Assembly: GCA_002269645.1 (NCBI GenBank)
Contig: NIVC01002402.1
Coordinates: forward strand, 147,876 to 185,381
Reading direction: 5' to 3'
Length of the DNA: 37,506 bases
From: Macrostomum lignano
Taxonomy: Eukaryota
The notes below the pieces were generated by a model, which had not been told where the DNA came from, did not search any database, and saw only the letters and a list, made by a program, of their open reading frames with translations. This document shows, in pieces, positions 25,891 to 37,405 of this stretch. Every line of letters begins with the position of its first letter. Within the stretch, counting starts at the first letter, position 1. A program made the translations under genes and the position numbers.

Positions 25891-26565
25891 GATCTCTCTT
25901 TTTCTCTGATCGGTCAGTCCCTGATATCATTCATTATTGTTGCCAAATTCCGAACATTTTCCTACACATATATGGAAATCATATATATAGTTTCTCGTAT
26001 ACTAAATATATCTTTATAAAACAAACAATGTCTCTAAAATGTTTCTAAAAAAGATTGATGATCTACCTATCTTTGGAGTGTCTGGGTGTTAAACGCAAAT
26101 TTAACTTAGTATAGACTATAGTGTCATTATATTTAGCCCACACAAGCAAAGTGGTATTGAATTTCGGTTCCTTGTATGCAAAACAGTCTACATGATCTAT
26201 GCGGCTAAAATTCCAGGGTACCGTAATGTGATACAGGGGTATTAATTTGAGCCAACGAACCAACTAAATCTATATGCTATAATTGTAATCTCCGTTCGCA
26301 TGCGACAAGGGCTTAATTTTCTGGCTAAGAAATGCATATAGCTTGCAAATCGATACTAAATTACATACATACTGTGTCTTCTCTGTCCTGTCTGCCTGGT
26401 TTATAATCTTGTTTATAAGATAGGACTAAAGCTGGACTTAAAAAAACATGGTTAAATGAGATAAGCTTTGTTAGCAGTAAAAAATTTCTGTAAAAGCTTC
26501 AAATGTTTTTTGTTTCTGACTCTCAGAGTTATGGTTTGAAGGTTGAAGCTGTATTAAGTCAGGTT

Positions 26566-26998
26566 AGTCAGTCAGTCAGTCACAGTCAGTCAGTCAGTCA
26601 GTCAGTCAGTCAGTCAGTCAGTCAGTCAGTCAGTCAGTCAGTCAGTCAGTCAGCCAGTCAGTCAGTCAGCCAGTCAGTCAGTCAGTCAGTCAGCCAGTCA
26701 GTCAGTCAGTCAGTCACAGTCAGTCAGTCAGTCAGTCAGTCAGTCAGTCAGTCAGTCAGTCAGTCAGTCAGTCAGTCAGTCAGTCAGTCAGTCAGTCAGT
26801 CAGTCAGTCAGTCAGTCAGTCAGTCAGTCAGTCAGTCAGTCAGTCAGTCAGTCAGTCAGTCAGTCAGTCAGTCAGTCAGTCAGTCAGTCAGTCAGTCAGT
26901 CAGTCAGTCTGTTAGTCAGTCAGTCAGTCAGCCAGTCAGCCAGTCAGTCAGTCAGTCAGTCAGTCAGTCAGTCAGTCAGTCAGTCAGTCAGTCAGTCA
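26566..26998. repeat. (CAGT)n microsatellite ending ~20 bp before the Bcl-2 exon 3 acceptor
   Basis: Read directly; explains the SQSV ORF. Confidence 0.98.
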
Positions 26999-27021
26999 AA
27001 CCCGCTATTCCACCTGTTTAG

Positions 27022-27186
27022 TACGGCCTGATAAGGTTCTACCAGGAGACGGGTGGGGACCAGGCGGGCAGCGGAGGCTCCGGCCTGTTCTCCAGCAGCG
27101 GTGTGTGGCAGTCGATGGCTCTGCTGCTGACGGTGTCAGCGGTGTCAATAGCAATCGCCCTGACGTCCAGCTATTTCAGACGATGA
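27022..27186 (+). CDS. Bcl-2 family protein, coding exon 3 (YGLIRFY...WQSMALLLTVSAVSIAIALTSSYFRR*; C-terminal tail anchor)
   Basis: Acceptor CCTGTTTAG, phase 0; hydrophobic helix followed by RR and stop at 27184-27186. Not in the ORF track. Confidence 0.92.
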   Translation, partial: YGLIRFYQETGGDQAGSGGSGLFSSSGVWQSMALLLTVSAVSIAIALTSSYFRR

Positions 27187-27540
27187 AAAAATTTCTTTCA
27201 AATCGATTTTACCAACTCGATTTTCTGTCACCGTCATTCTCTCGTGCGTAATTTCTTATAATTTTTTTCGTTTTATCAACTATTTATTTTATGTTTTAAA
27301 TACTTGAGTTCATGATGTTCGATCGTTGTGCTCGTCTCATTTTTCTTTCTTATTTGTCAATTAAGGATATTTCCTTGAAGTCTTGTCTGAGAGATAAAAT
27401 TATTTTCCTATGCTGTGCTTTGCTTTTTTCCTGTTAATTTTACTTGCGTGTGTAAATGGGTGATTGTCTATGCTCAAAACTGATCTTTACCTTCAATGTC
27501 TCTACAATGCTACTTTAAAGAAAGTGGAAACACACCTAAT

Positions 27541-28946
27541 CAGTCCCTGAAACACCTGTAGAACAGTCCCTGAAACACCTGTACTGTAGAACAGTCCCTG
27601 AAACACCTGTAGAACAGTTCCTGAAACACCAGTAGAACAGTCCCTGAAACACCTGTACAACAGTCCCTGAAACACCTGTAGAACAGTCCCTGAAATACCT
27701 GTAGAACAGTCCCTGAAACACCTGTAGAACAGTCCCTGAAACACCTGTAGAACAGTCCCTGAAACACCTGTAGAACAGTCCCTGAAATACCTGTAGAACA
27801 GTCCCTGAAACACCTGTAGAACAGTCCCTGAAATACCTGTAAAACAGTCCCTGAAATACCTGTAGAACAGTCCCTGAAACACCTGTAGAACAGTCCCTGA
27901 AACACCTGTAGAACAATCCCTGAAACAACTGTAGAACAGTCCCTGAAACACCTGTAGAACAGTCCCTGAAACACCTGTAGAACAGTCCCTGAAATACCTG
28001 TAGAACAGTCCCTTAAATACCTGTAGAACAGTCCCTGAAACACCTGTACAACAGTCCCTGAAACACCTGTAGAACAGTCCCTGAAATACCTGTAGAACAG
28101 TCCCTGAAACACCTGTAGAACAGTCCCTGAAACACCTGTAGAACAGTCCCTGAAACACCTGTAGAACAGTCCCTGAAATACCTGTAGAACAGTCCCTGAA
28201 ACACCTGTAGAACAGTCCCTGAAACACCTGTAGAACAGTCCCTGAAATACCTGTAGAACAGTCCCTGAAATACCTGTAGAACAGTCCCTGAAACACCTGT
28301 AGAACAGTCCCTGAAACACCTGTAGAACAGTCCCTGAAACACCTGTAGAACAGTCCCTGAAATACCTGTAGAACAGTCCCTGAAACACCTGTAGAACAGT
28401 CCCTGAAACACCTGTAGAACAGTCCCTGAAATACCTGTAGAACAGTCCCTTAAATACCTGTAGAACAGTCCCTGAAACACCTGTACAACAGTCCCTGAAA
28501 CACCTGTAGAACAGTCCCTGAAATACCTGTAGAACAGTCCCTGAAACACCTGTAGAACAGTCCCTGAAACATTTGTAGAACAGTCCCTGAAACACCTGTA
28601 GAACAGTCCCTGAAATACCTGTAGAACAGTCCCTGAAACACCTGTAGAACAGTCCCTGAAATACCTGTAAAACAGTCCCTGAAATACCTGTAGAACAGTC
28701 CCTGAAACACCTGTAGAACAGTCCCTGAAATACCTGTAGAACAGTCCCTGAAACACCTGTAGAACAGTCCCTGAAATACCTGTAGAACAGTCCCTGAAAT
28801 ACCTGTAGAACAGTCCCTGAAACACCTGTAGAACAGTCCTTGAAACGCCTGTAGAACAGTCCCTGAAATACCTGTAGAACAGTCCCTGAAACACCTGTAG
28901 AACAGTCCTTGAAACGCCTGTAGAATAGTCGTGTGGAAGCACCTGT
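27541..28946. repeat. 23-bp minisatellite (CAGTCCCTGAAACACCTGTAGAA)n, ~61 copies, 3' of the Bcl-2 gene
   Basis: Period 23 (27721 and 27744); highly homogeneous; explains the FQGLFYRCFRDC ORFs. Confidence 0.98.
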
Positions 28947-30451
28947 AAATAGATAATCCTAGATACTAAAAAGGATTTGTCCTAAGCTCCTAAAATTAGT
29001 TTCTTTAAAAATCTAGAAACACATGTTGATGCTACGAGTAGTTGTGTCCATCAGATGACACTGTCAGTAATTTGTTAAGTTGCACATTTGATAGTGAAAA
29101 ACAAATTTTCACTGTTTACACTCGACTAAAAGTAGTGGATGCAATAGTTTCCAAGTCATACGAGCACGTCAAATTAATTTTGACATTGTCATTTTCAAAA
29201 TGTCATTTCCAGCCCTATTTCGAACGTTGGAGGAGGGTTATTTTAAAAGGTTTTTCAGTTGTAAAGTTGTCAAATCCAGTTTTTAATTGTTGTATCAGTG
29301 TACCTTCATCTAAGCGTACAATTCGTTAATTTGTTCTACCCCTTCAATAAATACTGTTGCAGCTTACGTGTTATAACAAATCGAATTAGCTTGTTGCGTC
29401 ATACTTTTATTTGATTTTTTATAATAGCTTTACGATAGTTATTTTCGTCAACTAATAATATTTGTAGAATGTAACCTTTTCACTGGCGGTGGTACGATTA
29501 GCGAACTTTTATAATTGCGAGCTAGTGTGTCATTTTTAGTTATATGAATAATGATCTATCAAGCTTGTACATGTAACAGCACGTACCTATAGCTGATGCA
29601 TATATTCTTATTACATTTTAACTAACCCCGTGCACGTGCAGTCCTTTGTACTTTTACATAAATTATGCATGGCAAAAGTTCAATTAAAACAATGTATTTC
29701 CTGTAAATTGTTTGTCTCATAAATATGCCACGAGTAGCTATTGAAGATATAATAAACAGTGTGTTAAATTTGAAATTATAGTCATAAGTATGTATGTACC
29801 CGTCGATGAATATGTTACTCCTAAGTCCACGCACCCATATTTGGCGGCTTATGTTGTTAATAAATTGCATGCATGCTTTAAACTAACCGATTCATGCATG
29901 GGTGTCTTTAGCGAATTTATTATAAGTTATGGCGCACCTAGATAAGTCTATTTTTACATTTTACTGCCAACTGGAGACCGGATTTCCCGAACCTAGAGTT
30001 GTTCAGACTAAGGCTTTATAATAAACGTTACATATTCCCGATTCATCACATGTACATTACTCGTGATGGAAGTTAAACTCTATGGACTAGCTTATGGACT
30101 CTATGGACTACATGTATGAAAAATCTCCCTATCTCCTAATTCAATAAGTTCAAATCAAAAACGTCTTGTCGTCATAGCTTGTTCGAAATATAAGAGTTAT
30201 ACATACTAGATGCATGTACAAATGAATAATTTTTGCATGGACACCAACACTTTTAGTGCTAAAAAGGCATATGCATGATGCACACTGGGAATTTAACGTC
30301 GTTTTTTCTATAATTTGTGCGCAAGCGAATTCCGGCCACCAGCTCGCTTCCATGCAGCTATACACATCAGACCCGTTCAGTTGCCGTCAGGAGACCCATC
30401 ACAGAAGCTCTTTCTTGGTGAAGAAATGTCTTATAAGCTCAGTTGCTAACA

Positions 30452-31151
30452 GCTCAGATGGATCCCGGGCCACGCCGGCTTCCTCGGCAACGAGCGCGCT
30501 GACCTGCTGGCCATGCAAGGCTGGCTCCGTCGGCGCGCTGCTGGGGCCGGGCCCGGAGCCCCCATCCCCGCCTCGGTGATCAATTCCCGCGTTAAGCGCT
30601 GGGCTGACTCCGAGCATCTCCGCAGGTGGCACGACACCCGGAATTGTAGGCAATCCCGTGCTGCCGTCCCCTGCCCCTCTCCTCTCCTGCGTAGAGCCCT
30701 CCTCAGGCTCAACCGCAGAGACCTCAGAGCAGTTAGCATGGCCCTCTCCGGGCATGGCTGCTTCTCTCGCCACCGTTTCCTTCAGGGCCAAGTACCCGAG
30801 GAGCGGTGCCCCTTCTGCCGCTCAGGCAGTGAAAACGCCGAGCATTTTATCTGCCACTGCCCGGTTTTCACCAGGGCCAGGCTTACTCACCTCGGGCCAA
30901 ACCCGGTTCTCTCCGACGTTTGCAGGCCCGAGAGCATCCCGCTGCTCGCCCGGTACCTCAGGGACACCGGACGAGCTGATTTCTTCCCCACCGTCGGTGA
31001 GGAGGACCGCGCTGCAGGCGAGACCGACGGGTCCCCCTGAGCGACACCACTTCAACGGAAGTCGTTGGTCGCCAGGGGCTAGCGGAATGGGCGGTCTCCT
31101 CCGCCTCCTCGCTGCATCCGCCGGACGCCCCCTGCAGCTAAGTCAAGTAAG
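30452..31151 (+). mobile_element. 5'-truncated non-LTR retrotransposon (RNase H-containing I/R1/LOA-like group)
   Basis: Open frame 30453-31040: RNase H end WIPGHAGFLGNERADLLA, LSGHG, and CX2CX8HX4C (CPFC..EH..CHC). Short 3' UTR and TAAGTCAAG-type tail. Direct repeat TCAGTTGCTAACA at 30439-30451 and 31152-31164. Confidence 0.92.
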
Positions 31152-32035
31152 TCAGTTGCTAACATTGAACTTTTTTATTTTTCTGCATTAGCGAATTCGT
31201 TTCTACATTATTTAGATCCCCACACTCAGTAAACATTGTTTAAACCATAAAAAAGTTCGCAGAAAAAGTGCGAGTTCAAATCGCCCCGATAACCGCAATA
31301 TGTTCAAGTTCACAACGTCCTGAACTGAACGTCCACCGGTCCACCCCGTCCGACGCGGTCTGACTGACACTGAGGGTAGTTGTCCAGTCCCGTTTAAAGT
31401 TGAATCTTGTCGTCTTGCCCAATCACACTGCTACATTTATATGTTCTAATATAATGTTATTATTGCTAATAAAAGTAAATGCTCATAGGCCCATAGCTTA
31501 TATGTTATGTTGGAATTGTATTTAATTTAGCCATTTATGACTTAGGTTAGGTTTCTACGCCTAGTAGTTTCGAATAAGTATTGAAATAATTTTAGCAATG
31601 TTTGAAATATAGTTTATGATATTTAAAGATTGTTTATAATATCATTTTGGTACTAGGCCTAATCTGAGTTGAATTGAAATTATTAAATGTAAAAAAAACT
31701 AGGCCTATGCAATGACAGTTTCATTAAACAAATGCCCCCCTGGCCCTGGCTTCTATGCATATTTTTAAATCTTTTCGAAACATTGGGACATAAAAGCAGC
31801 TCTTTCTTGATTAGGTCTACACTAAGTAAGTACGCTCTTTTCTCTTTAGAATTTTTGTTAATGTTTTCATTAGGGCCTAGGCCTATTCAGTGATAGGGCC
31901 TACCTAAACTAATATTAATGTTATTATTATAATTTTAATTCATTCATCTTGATTATTTTGTTATATAATTAATACAAAATTTTTTTATTATCAATCTAGT
32001 GGCTATGGGTGCCACCAAATTCATCAACATCAACT

Positions 32036-32954
32036 CCATAGTTCGGAACACCCTGAATATACGCTGGACAAAAATCTCTTACAATTTTTTTTGGTATACC
32101 AGTGTAGACCTATGCCAAATTTTGAGTGCACACCCTGACCCACTTTCAAATCTTCGCCGGTGTTGCAACAATAAATGACCTTTTTTACATTGTGACAATG
32201 AATTATTATTTTTTTAAATTGTGTAAAGTAACCTTTTTAGCTAACAATTTGGTTAATACTTTAGCTTTTTTGCTGATATTATTTATAGTGAAAACTTGAT
32301 ACACGCAAAGATTTGTTTAAATTTTCTATTACAAGCTCTAAAAACCCAGAAAGCTTGAAATTGCTTAAAAATAAACTTGTTTTATGTTTTTTGTTCATTT
32401 TTCATGAACATACATGCGCAACCTCCAAATTTCAGTCAGCCGTGTGACTTAGTTTTAACAAAAATGCGACATAGTTTTTGACCAAAAATGCGACTTACAT
32501 GTAAAAAAACCGGAATGCAAAATTAATGCAACTTTGGGTAAACAGCAGGAGTAACTATGACTATCTTATAAAGCCAAAATGCCTCGTCAGCTACTTAGTA
32601 CTACTACTCTGTGTTTTTTGGGTTGGAATTTTTGCAACTTCCTTGGTTGGCTGCCAAATTGGTTGGCCGGATCAGCCGACTTGGCCGGATCGGCCGACTT
32701 GGCCGACTGTTGCGCATGTATGTTCACAAACTCTTCCATGTGATTTTATTAACTGCATGCACACTATTTTCTTAGACTTTTTGATTTTATTCTGCAACTG
32801 CAGGAACATGTACACTACTTTTTGAATATGCATTCTAATATGCCAGATAGTATGCCAGATTTCAAAAAGTAAAAAATTGTATGTCAAGTGTATACCAAAA
32901 GTTGTGAGTATACGCCGGATTAATTTGGTGTACCACCCCTCTTCTGGACTATGG
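32036..32954. mobile_element. Non-autonomous DNA transposon, CCATAGT-TIR family, with perfect 8-bp TSD; hosts a nested MITE
   Basis: TIR CCATAGTTCGGAA / TTCTGGACTATGG (11/13); TSD CATCAACT at 32028-32035 and 32955-32962. Confidence 0.88.
32409..32722. mobile_element. 314-bp hAT-like MITE
   Basis: Perfect 14-bp TIR CATACATGCGCAAC / GTTGCGCATGTATG; 8-bp flanks TTCATGAA / TTCACAAA (6/8); subterminal GGCCGGATC(A/G)GCCGACTT repeats. Confidence 0.82.
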
Positions 32955-33229
32955 CATCAACTCTATTGACAAATTCAATTAACCTTAAGGCAAGCCTAAT
33001 ATGCTATGCTATTGACTAATTCAAGGCAATTGTCAAGTTTTGTTCATTAAATTATTTTGACTCTTAAAAAGTAATTATTTTAATTTTTTAATTTTTTAAA
33101 TTTTTATATATATCACACATGTATACCAAAAGACCAAAATCACTCTTTGTAGACCCATGCTAATATATGAGCTTGTATGCCAATTTTTTGAGTGAACCCT
33201 AGAAAATTTTCTTGTGTACATGCCTTCTG

Positions 33230-33242
33230 TTCTGGACTATGG
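33230..33242. mobile_element. Orphan right-end TIR (TTCTGGACTATGG) of another CCATAGT-family copy
   Basis: Identical to 32942-32954; upstream ~130 bp resembles family subterminal sequence; partner end not found. Confidence 0.55.
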
Positions 33243-33533
33243 TTTATATATTTTTTTTATTACAAAATTTAAGTTCAAATTCAAAACCTTGACTTTTAGA
33301 ATCAAGCATGTTATAGTTTTGAGTTTTGCAGATAATATAGCATATAAGTCAGCTATATTGATAATTGAAGGCATAAATTATTTGTTGTAGATGAATCCTA
33401 CAAATGCCACCAAGTTGTACTAGAGGACTTATTAATATTAAGCTACTATCCTAATTCTGATAAGGGCCTACCAAGTTATAGGGGAAATTTGTTATAATTT
33501 AGAATTTTATGAAATTAGAAATTAGAGTCATTA

Positions 33534-33799
33534 CCCTATTGCAGCCAATGGCCATTTTCGTGGATGGCGTCCAGCGCGGATTGGCCTGGCGGCGGCGCAG
33601 TGCGCGGCAGCGACGCGGCGCGTGGCGGTGGCGCGCGGTGGCATGTCGTGTGGCGGCGGCGCGCGGCGGCGTGGCGCGGGGCATGGGAAAATTGAACCAA
33701 ATCACTGATCCTGGGGACTGGCCCTGGCGCGGTACGGGTAGATGTCTGGCGCGGGAAAGGGGGGCGTCCAGCGCGGTTCAGACCTTGGCTGCAATAGGG
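33534..33799. mobile_element. 266-bp GC-rich MITE with perfect 15-bp TIR and 8-bp TSD
   Basis: TIR CCCTATTGCAGCCAA / TTGGCTGCAATAGGG; TSD AGTCATTA at 33526-33533 and 33800-33807; internal direct repeat GGCGTCCAGCGCGG at 33566 and 33763. Confidence 0.93.
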
Positions 33800-35313
33800 A
33801 GTCATTATAGCCTACTAAAATCATGATGTTGGGAAGTTGGGGCTATGGGCTGTTATGTAAATATAGATTGCCTTAGTAGCGCAAAGTGCCCAAGTGGCAA
33901 GACACTGTTTAGCTAGGAGGGGGATGACTAAGTCCTAAAGTGGCACCCTTCAATGGATCGAGGTTGCCCAGTGAATTTCAGTTTCCTATTATGGATTTGC
34001 TCTTGTCATATATGACTTCCCATTGGCTATTCATTTCAAATAATCCTATTGGGATATTTCTTCTTTGTCAATTGGCTTCTTACACCTCTACTCTGCATTT
34101 CTGCTATTGGATTTTAGACTGTTTGTCTTGTGCTCTTTGTAATTTCTACCTAGCCAATGAGCATTTACTCTTAATTTCAACAAATGAGAAAGGCTTTAGC
34201 AACTTAGCTTATTTAGTTTTGTCAAGTGGATTGCCTCAGAACGAAAAAGATTGGTTGCCTCTTTGGGCACAAATTTCACTTCAATTTCTATGAAAACCAA
34301 TGGCAAGGGATGGGGAGGAAAGGCACATTTAAACAAATTTGTAGAATAAAACTTGATTGCTATGGTAATGGTAGAAATTTAAAATAAACCTTTCTAACAG
34401 TTTAAAATACCCCTCTATCATATCTACTAATCATCTAATTTATAAATCTAGTATATTAGCCCAATACACATGGGGAGTAAGTGCAATTTTAAGTGTAGAT
34501 AAGCATATGCAATATATAAGCTGCAAGACCCCAGCAGCATTATGTTTATAGCAACAATTTGTTATTGTGTATATATTTACAAAGGTATATTGAAGTCTGA
34601 CAATATTTTGCTCATTATATTAAATAAATTTTATTATTGAGTTACAAGAAAACTTTATGTAAGTCTGTAATGTTGAAAAAATGACTTCTATCAATTGCTT
34701 ATATTTAAGGCCTGTTGACAAACTAGATGTTGACCAATTTAGTGTAACCCAATGTAGTGCCCCCCCCTTTGGGGTGCCCAATAAAAAAGGCAAGAGACAA
34801 AGGTTATTTATATGAATCCTTTAACATAAAGGCACTTTTCTTAAAAGCATTTCTTTAGTTTTATAAATCTTGCTATTATTTAAATAAAATTATCAGGGAC
34901 AAGGATTTGGGGAACCAACAAAGAATAAAATATTTTTTGAACTAACTACATGTAGGTTCCAACCTTTTAGCCTTTAAATCTCAGCAATTCCCCTAGTAAG
35001 TCTTGACATCTCAGCAATTCAACTCAAGCCATGATATTTCAGCAATTTAATCTAAATTTTATCTAGCATCAAAATAGTCCAAATTCTAATTCAAGAATGT
35101 AAAAATGAAAGTTAATATATCATTTAAATAAATACTATGACACTAAAAATAAAATTGGCATAGAAGTTATTTATTAAGTCAGCCGTTTTACTTTTTGAGT
35201 TAAATGATGAAGTATTCAGGCCTGTAAAGAAAGCCATAACTACTCTCCAGTTGGTTACTTGGCAAGTCTAAGAATCATAATCAATAAAAAAAACCTGTTT
35301 CCAGCTCAGCCAA

Positions 35314-35555
35314 ATGAGTTCACTACGCAAGGCACGCAGCGTGCGAGACTTGGCCATTGTTAGGCTGGATGCCAGGCCGATGCGAGATGATGAGTTCGAT
35401 TCTAGCGCTGCAGAAAATCAGCCTGGCAACCGGCATAGCACTCTGGCTATGGCCTCGGCGCAGTCGCATCAGCATAACTATCAATCCAGTCAGCAGACAG
35501 AGGCGCCTGCTAAGCCTATTATACTGAGATCTGGAGATGGCAGTCTGCACAATAG
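35314..35555 (+). CDS. Candidate coding exon of an unidentified gene (MSSLRKARSVRDL...IILRSGDGSLHN)
   Basis: Acceptor CCTGTTTCCAG at 35304, open frame in a GC-richer island, candidate donor AG|GTTGGT at 35556, followed by an intron-like minisatellite. No family recognised. Confidence 0.4.
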
Positions 35556-35624
35556 GTTGGTAACTATTATGCATTAGCAACTGTTTGTTGAGTTATTGAG
35601 TTATTGAAGTCCTATAAAAGTCAT

Positions 35625-36168
35625 CTTCCTGAATCATCTGAAGTGCTCTCTTCCTGTCCTAAATCATCTCAAGTGTTGTCTTCCTGAATCATCTCAAGTG
35701 TTGTCTTCCTGAATCATCTAAATTGCTGTTTTCCTGAATCATCTGAAGTGCTCTCTTCCTGTCCTGAACCATCTGAAGGGTTGTCTTCCCTGAATCATCT
35801 GAAGGGTTGTCTTCCTGATCATCTAAAGTGTTGTCTTCCTGAATCATCTTAAGTGCTGTTGTCCTGAATCATCTGAAGTGCTCTCTTCCTGTCCTGAACC
35901 ATCTGAAGTGTTGTCTTCCTGAATCATCTGAAGGGTTGTCTTCCTGAATCATCTTAAGTGCTGTTGTCCTGAATCATCTGAAGTGCTCTCTTCCTGTCCT
36001 GAACCATCTGAAGTGTTGTCTTCCTGAACCATCTGAAGTGTTGTCTTCCTGAATCATCTGAAGGGTTGTCTTCCTGAATCATCTTAAGTGCTGTTGTCCT
36101 GAATCATCTGAAGTGCTCTCTTCCTGTCCTGAACCATCTGAAGTGTTGTCTTCCTGAACCATCTGAAG
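35625..36168. repeat. 25/30-bp minisatellite (TTCCTGAATCATCTGAAGTGTTGTC) with higher-order variant pattern
   Basis: Read directly; ends abruptly at the TIR at 36169. Confidence 0.93.
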
Positions 36169-36330
36169 CATACATGCGCAACTTCTGAAATTACGCTGGC
36201 CGTGCGACTTAGTTTTCGATAAAAAATGCGACTTACCTATGAAAGAGCCAAGCAAAAACTTTAGGTAAACGCAGGAGTAACTATAACCATATTTTTAAAG
36301 CTAAATGCCTCGCCAGCTAATTAGTGCTGC
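36169..36330 (+). mobile_element. Left end of a second hAT-like MITE-family copy
   Basis: Starts with the same CATACATGCGCAAC and aligns with 32409-32600 (GCAGGAGTAACTAT, AAATGCCTCG.CAGCTA.TTAGT); no right TIR in the window. Confidence 0.75.
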
Positions 36331-36749
36331 GTGCAGATTCCGCGTTTTTATAACAGCTAATCAGTGTCATCTAGTGGCGGCATGAAGCAATTAGTAAATT
36401 GTCAGTACAGTGTAGTGAGCATACTACAAAAGTCATGATTCATGAATGTCCAGAAGTAAGTGAAGTGAATACAGTGTGACCTATAGCTCAAGAACGATTT
36501 GCTAGACGATTTGGCATGGAAGATGAGAGCCCTGATTCAGATGGCTCATCAGATGCAGAATACGAATCCAGTAGAGATACAAGCTGTGAAAACCCACAGA
36601 TTTTTAAACCACTGAATTCTAATTCCCGGAACTATTTTTGCATAGATTCTAAATTTGAAGTCATGCTCAAACAAAACTTGTTAACAGTTAGGAAAAAGGC
36701 AAAGATGGGAGTAATGCATGTTAAACTAAGATTTGAGGCCTTTGCAAAT

Positions 36750-37405
36750 TCTCTCCATTCCTCAATCTTCTCATCCTCTTTTCTTTTCTCTCTCATCCCT
36801 TATCCCTTCTCTCTTTCCTCTCCTCTCTCCTCTCTTTCCTCTCCTCTCCTATCTCTTCTGTCTCCTCTCTACATTCTTATCTCTCCTCTCGTCTCTCTCC
36901 ATTCCACTCTACTCTCTCATCTTATTTCCCTCTCGTCTCTCTCCACTCTACTCTCTCATCTTATCTCTCCTCTCTTTTCTACTCTCTCATCTCTCCTCTC
37001 TTCACTCTCCTCTCATCTCCTCTTTATCCTCTCTTCTCTCATCTACTCTCTCCTTTCCTCTTTCCTCTTTCTGATCTCATCCATCATCTTTTCTTTCCTC
37101 TTTCCTCTCATCTCCTCTTCTCTCTCATCTCTTTTCCTCCCTCAGCTTTTCTCTCCTCTTCTATCTTTTCTCCCATCACATCGCTCGCCTCTCCTCTGTT
37201 TGCTTATCTCTAATCTTCTATTCCCTCTACTTTGAAGTAAGAAAATATGCACATATTTTTGCTGAAGATAAGAGAGAAGAGGGCATTGAGGAAAAAGGTA
37301 GAGAGAAAGGGGGAGAGTAAAAATGGAGGAGAGAAGAGGAAAAGGGGGAGAGAGAGAAGAGGGGAGGCAAGGTAGAGAAGAAGAGAGAGATGAGAGTTGA
37401 AGAGA
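36750..37405. repeat. Low-complexity CT-rich tract (36750-37230) followed by a GA-rich tract (37265-37405)
   Basis: Composition read directly; explains the Ser/Leu-rich ORF tails. Confidence 0.9.

Noticed and set aside
20891-28942. Repetitive ORFs (MLAIWG, TDRDQREV, SQSV, FQGLFYRCFRDC)
   Set aside because: All are frames through mini/microsatellites.
30399-30451. RSSFLVKKCL as upstream LINE RNase H sequence
   Set aside because: It lies outside the duplicated target site, so it is target DNA.
30150-30451. Minus-strand LATELIRHFFTKKELL as a BEN-domain remnant disrupted by the LINE
   Set aside because: Short resemblance followed by stops; not supportable without an HMM search.
33499-33826. 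Arg/Ala-rich ORFs
   Set aside because: By-products of the GC-rich MITE interior.
36516-37235. 239-aa ORF as a gene or transposase
   Set aside because: Two-thirds is CT low-complexity sequence, and the acidic N-terminal part shows no recognisable domain such as a BED finger.
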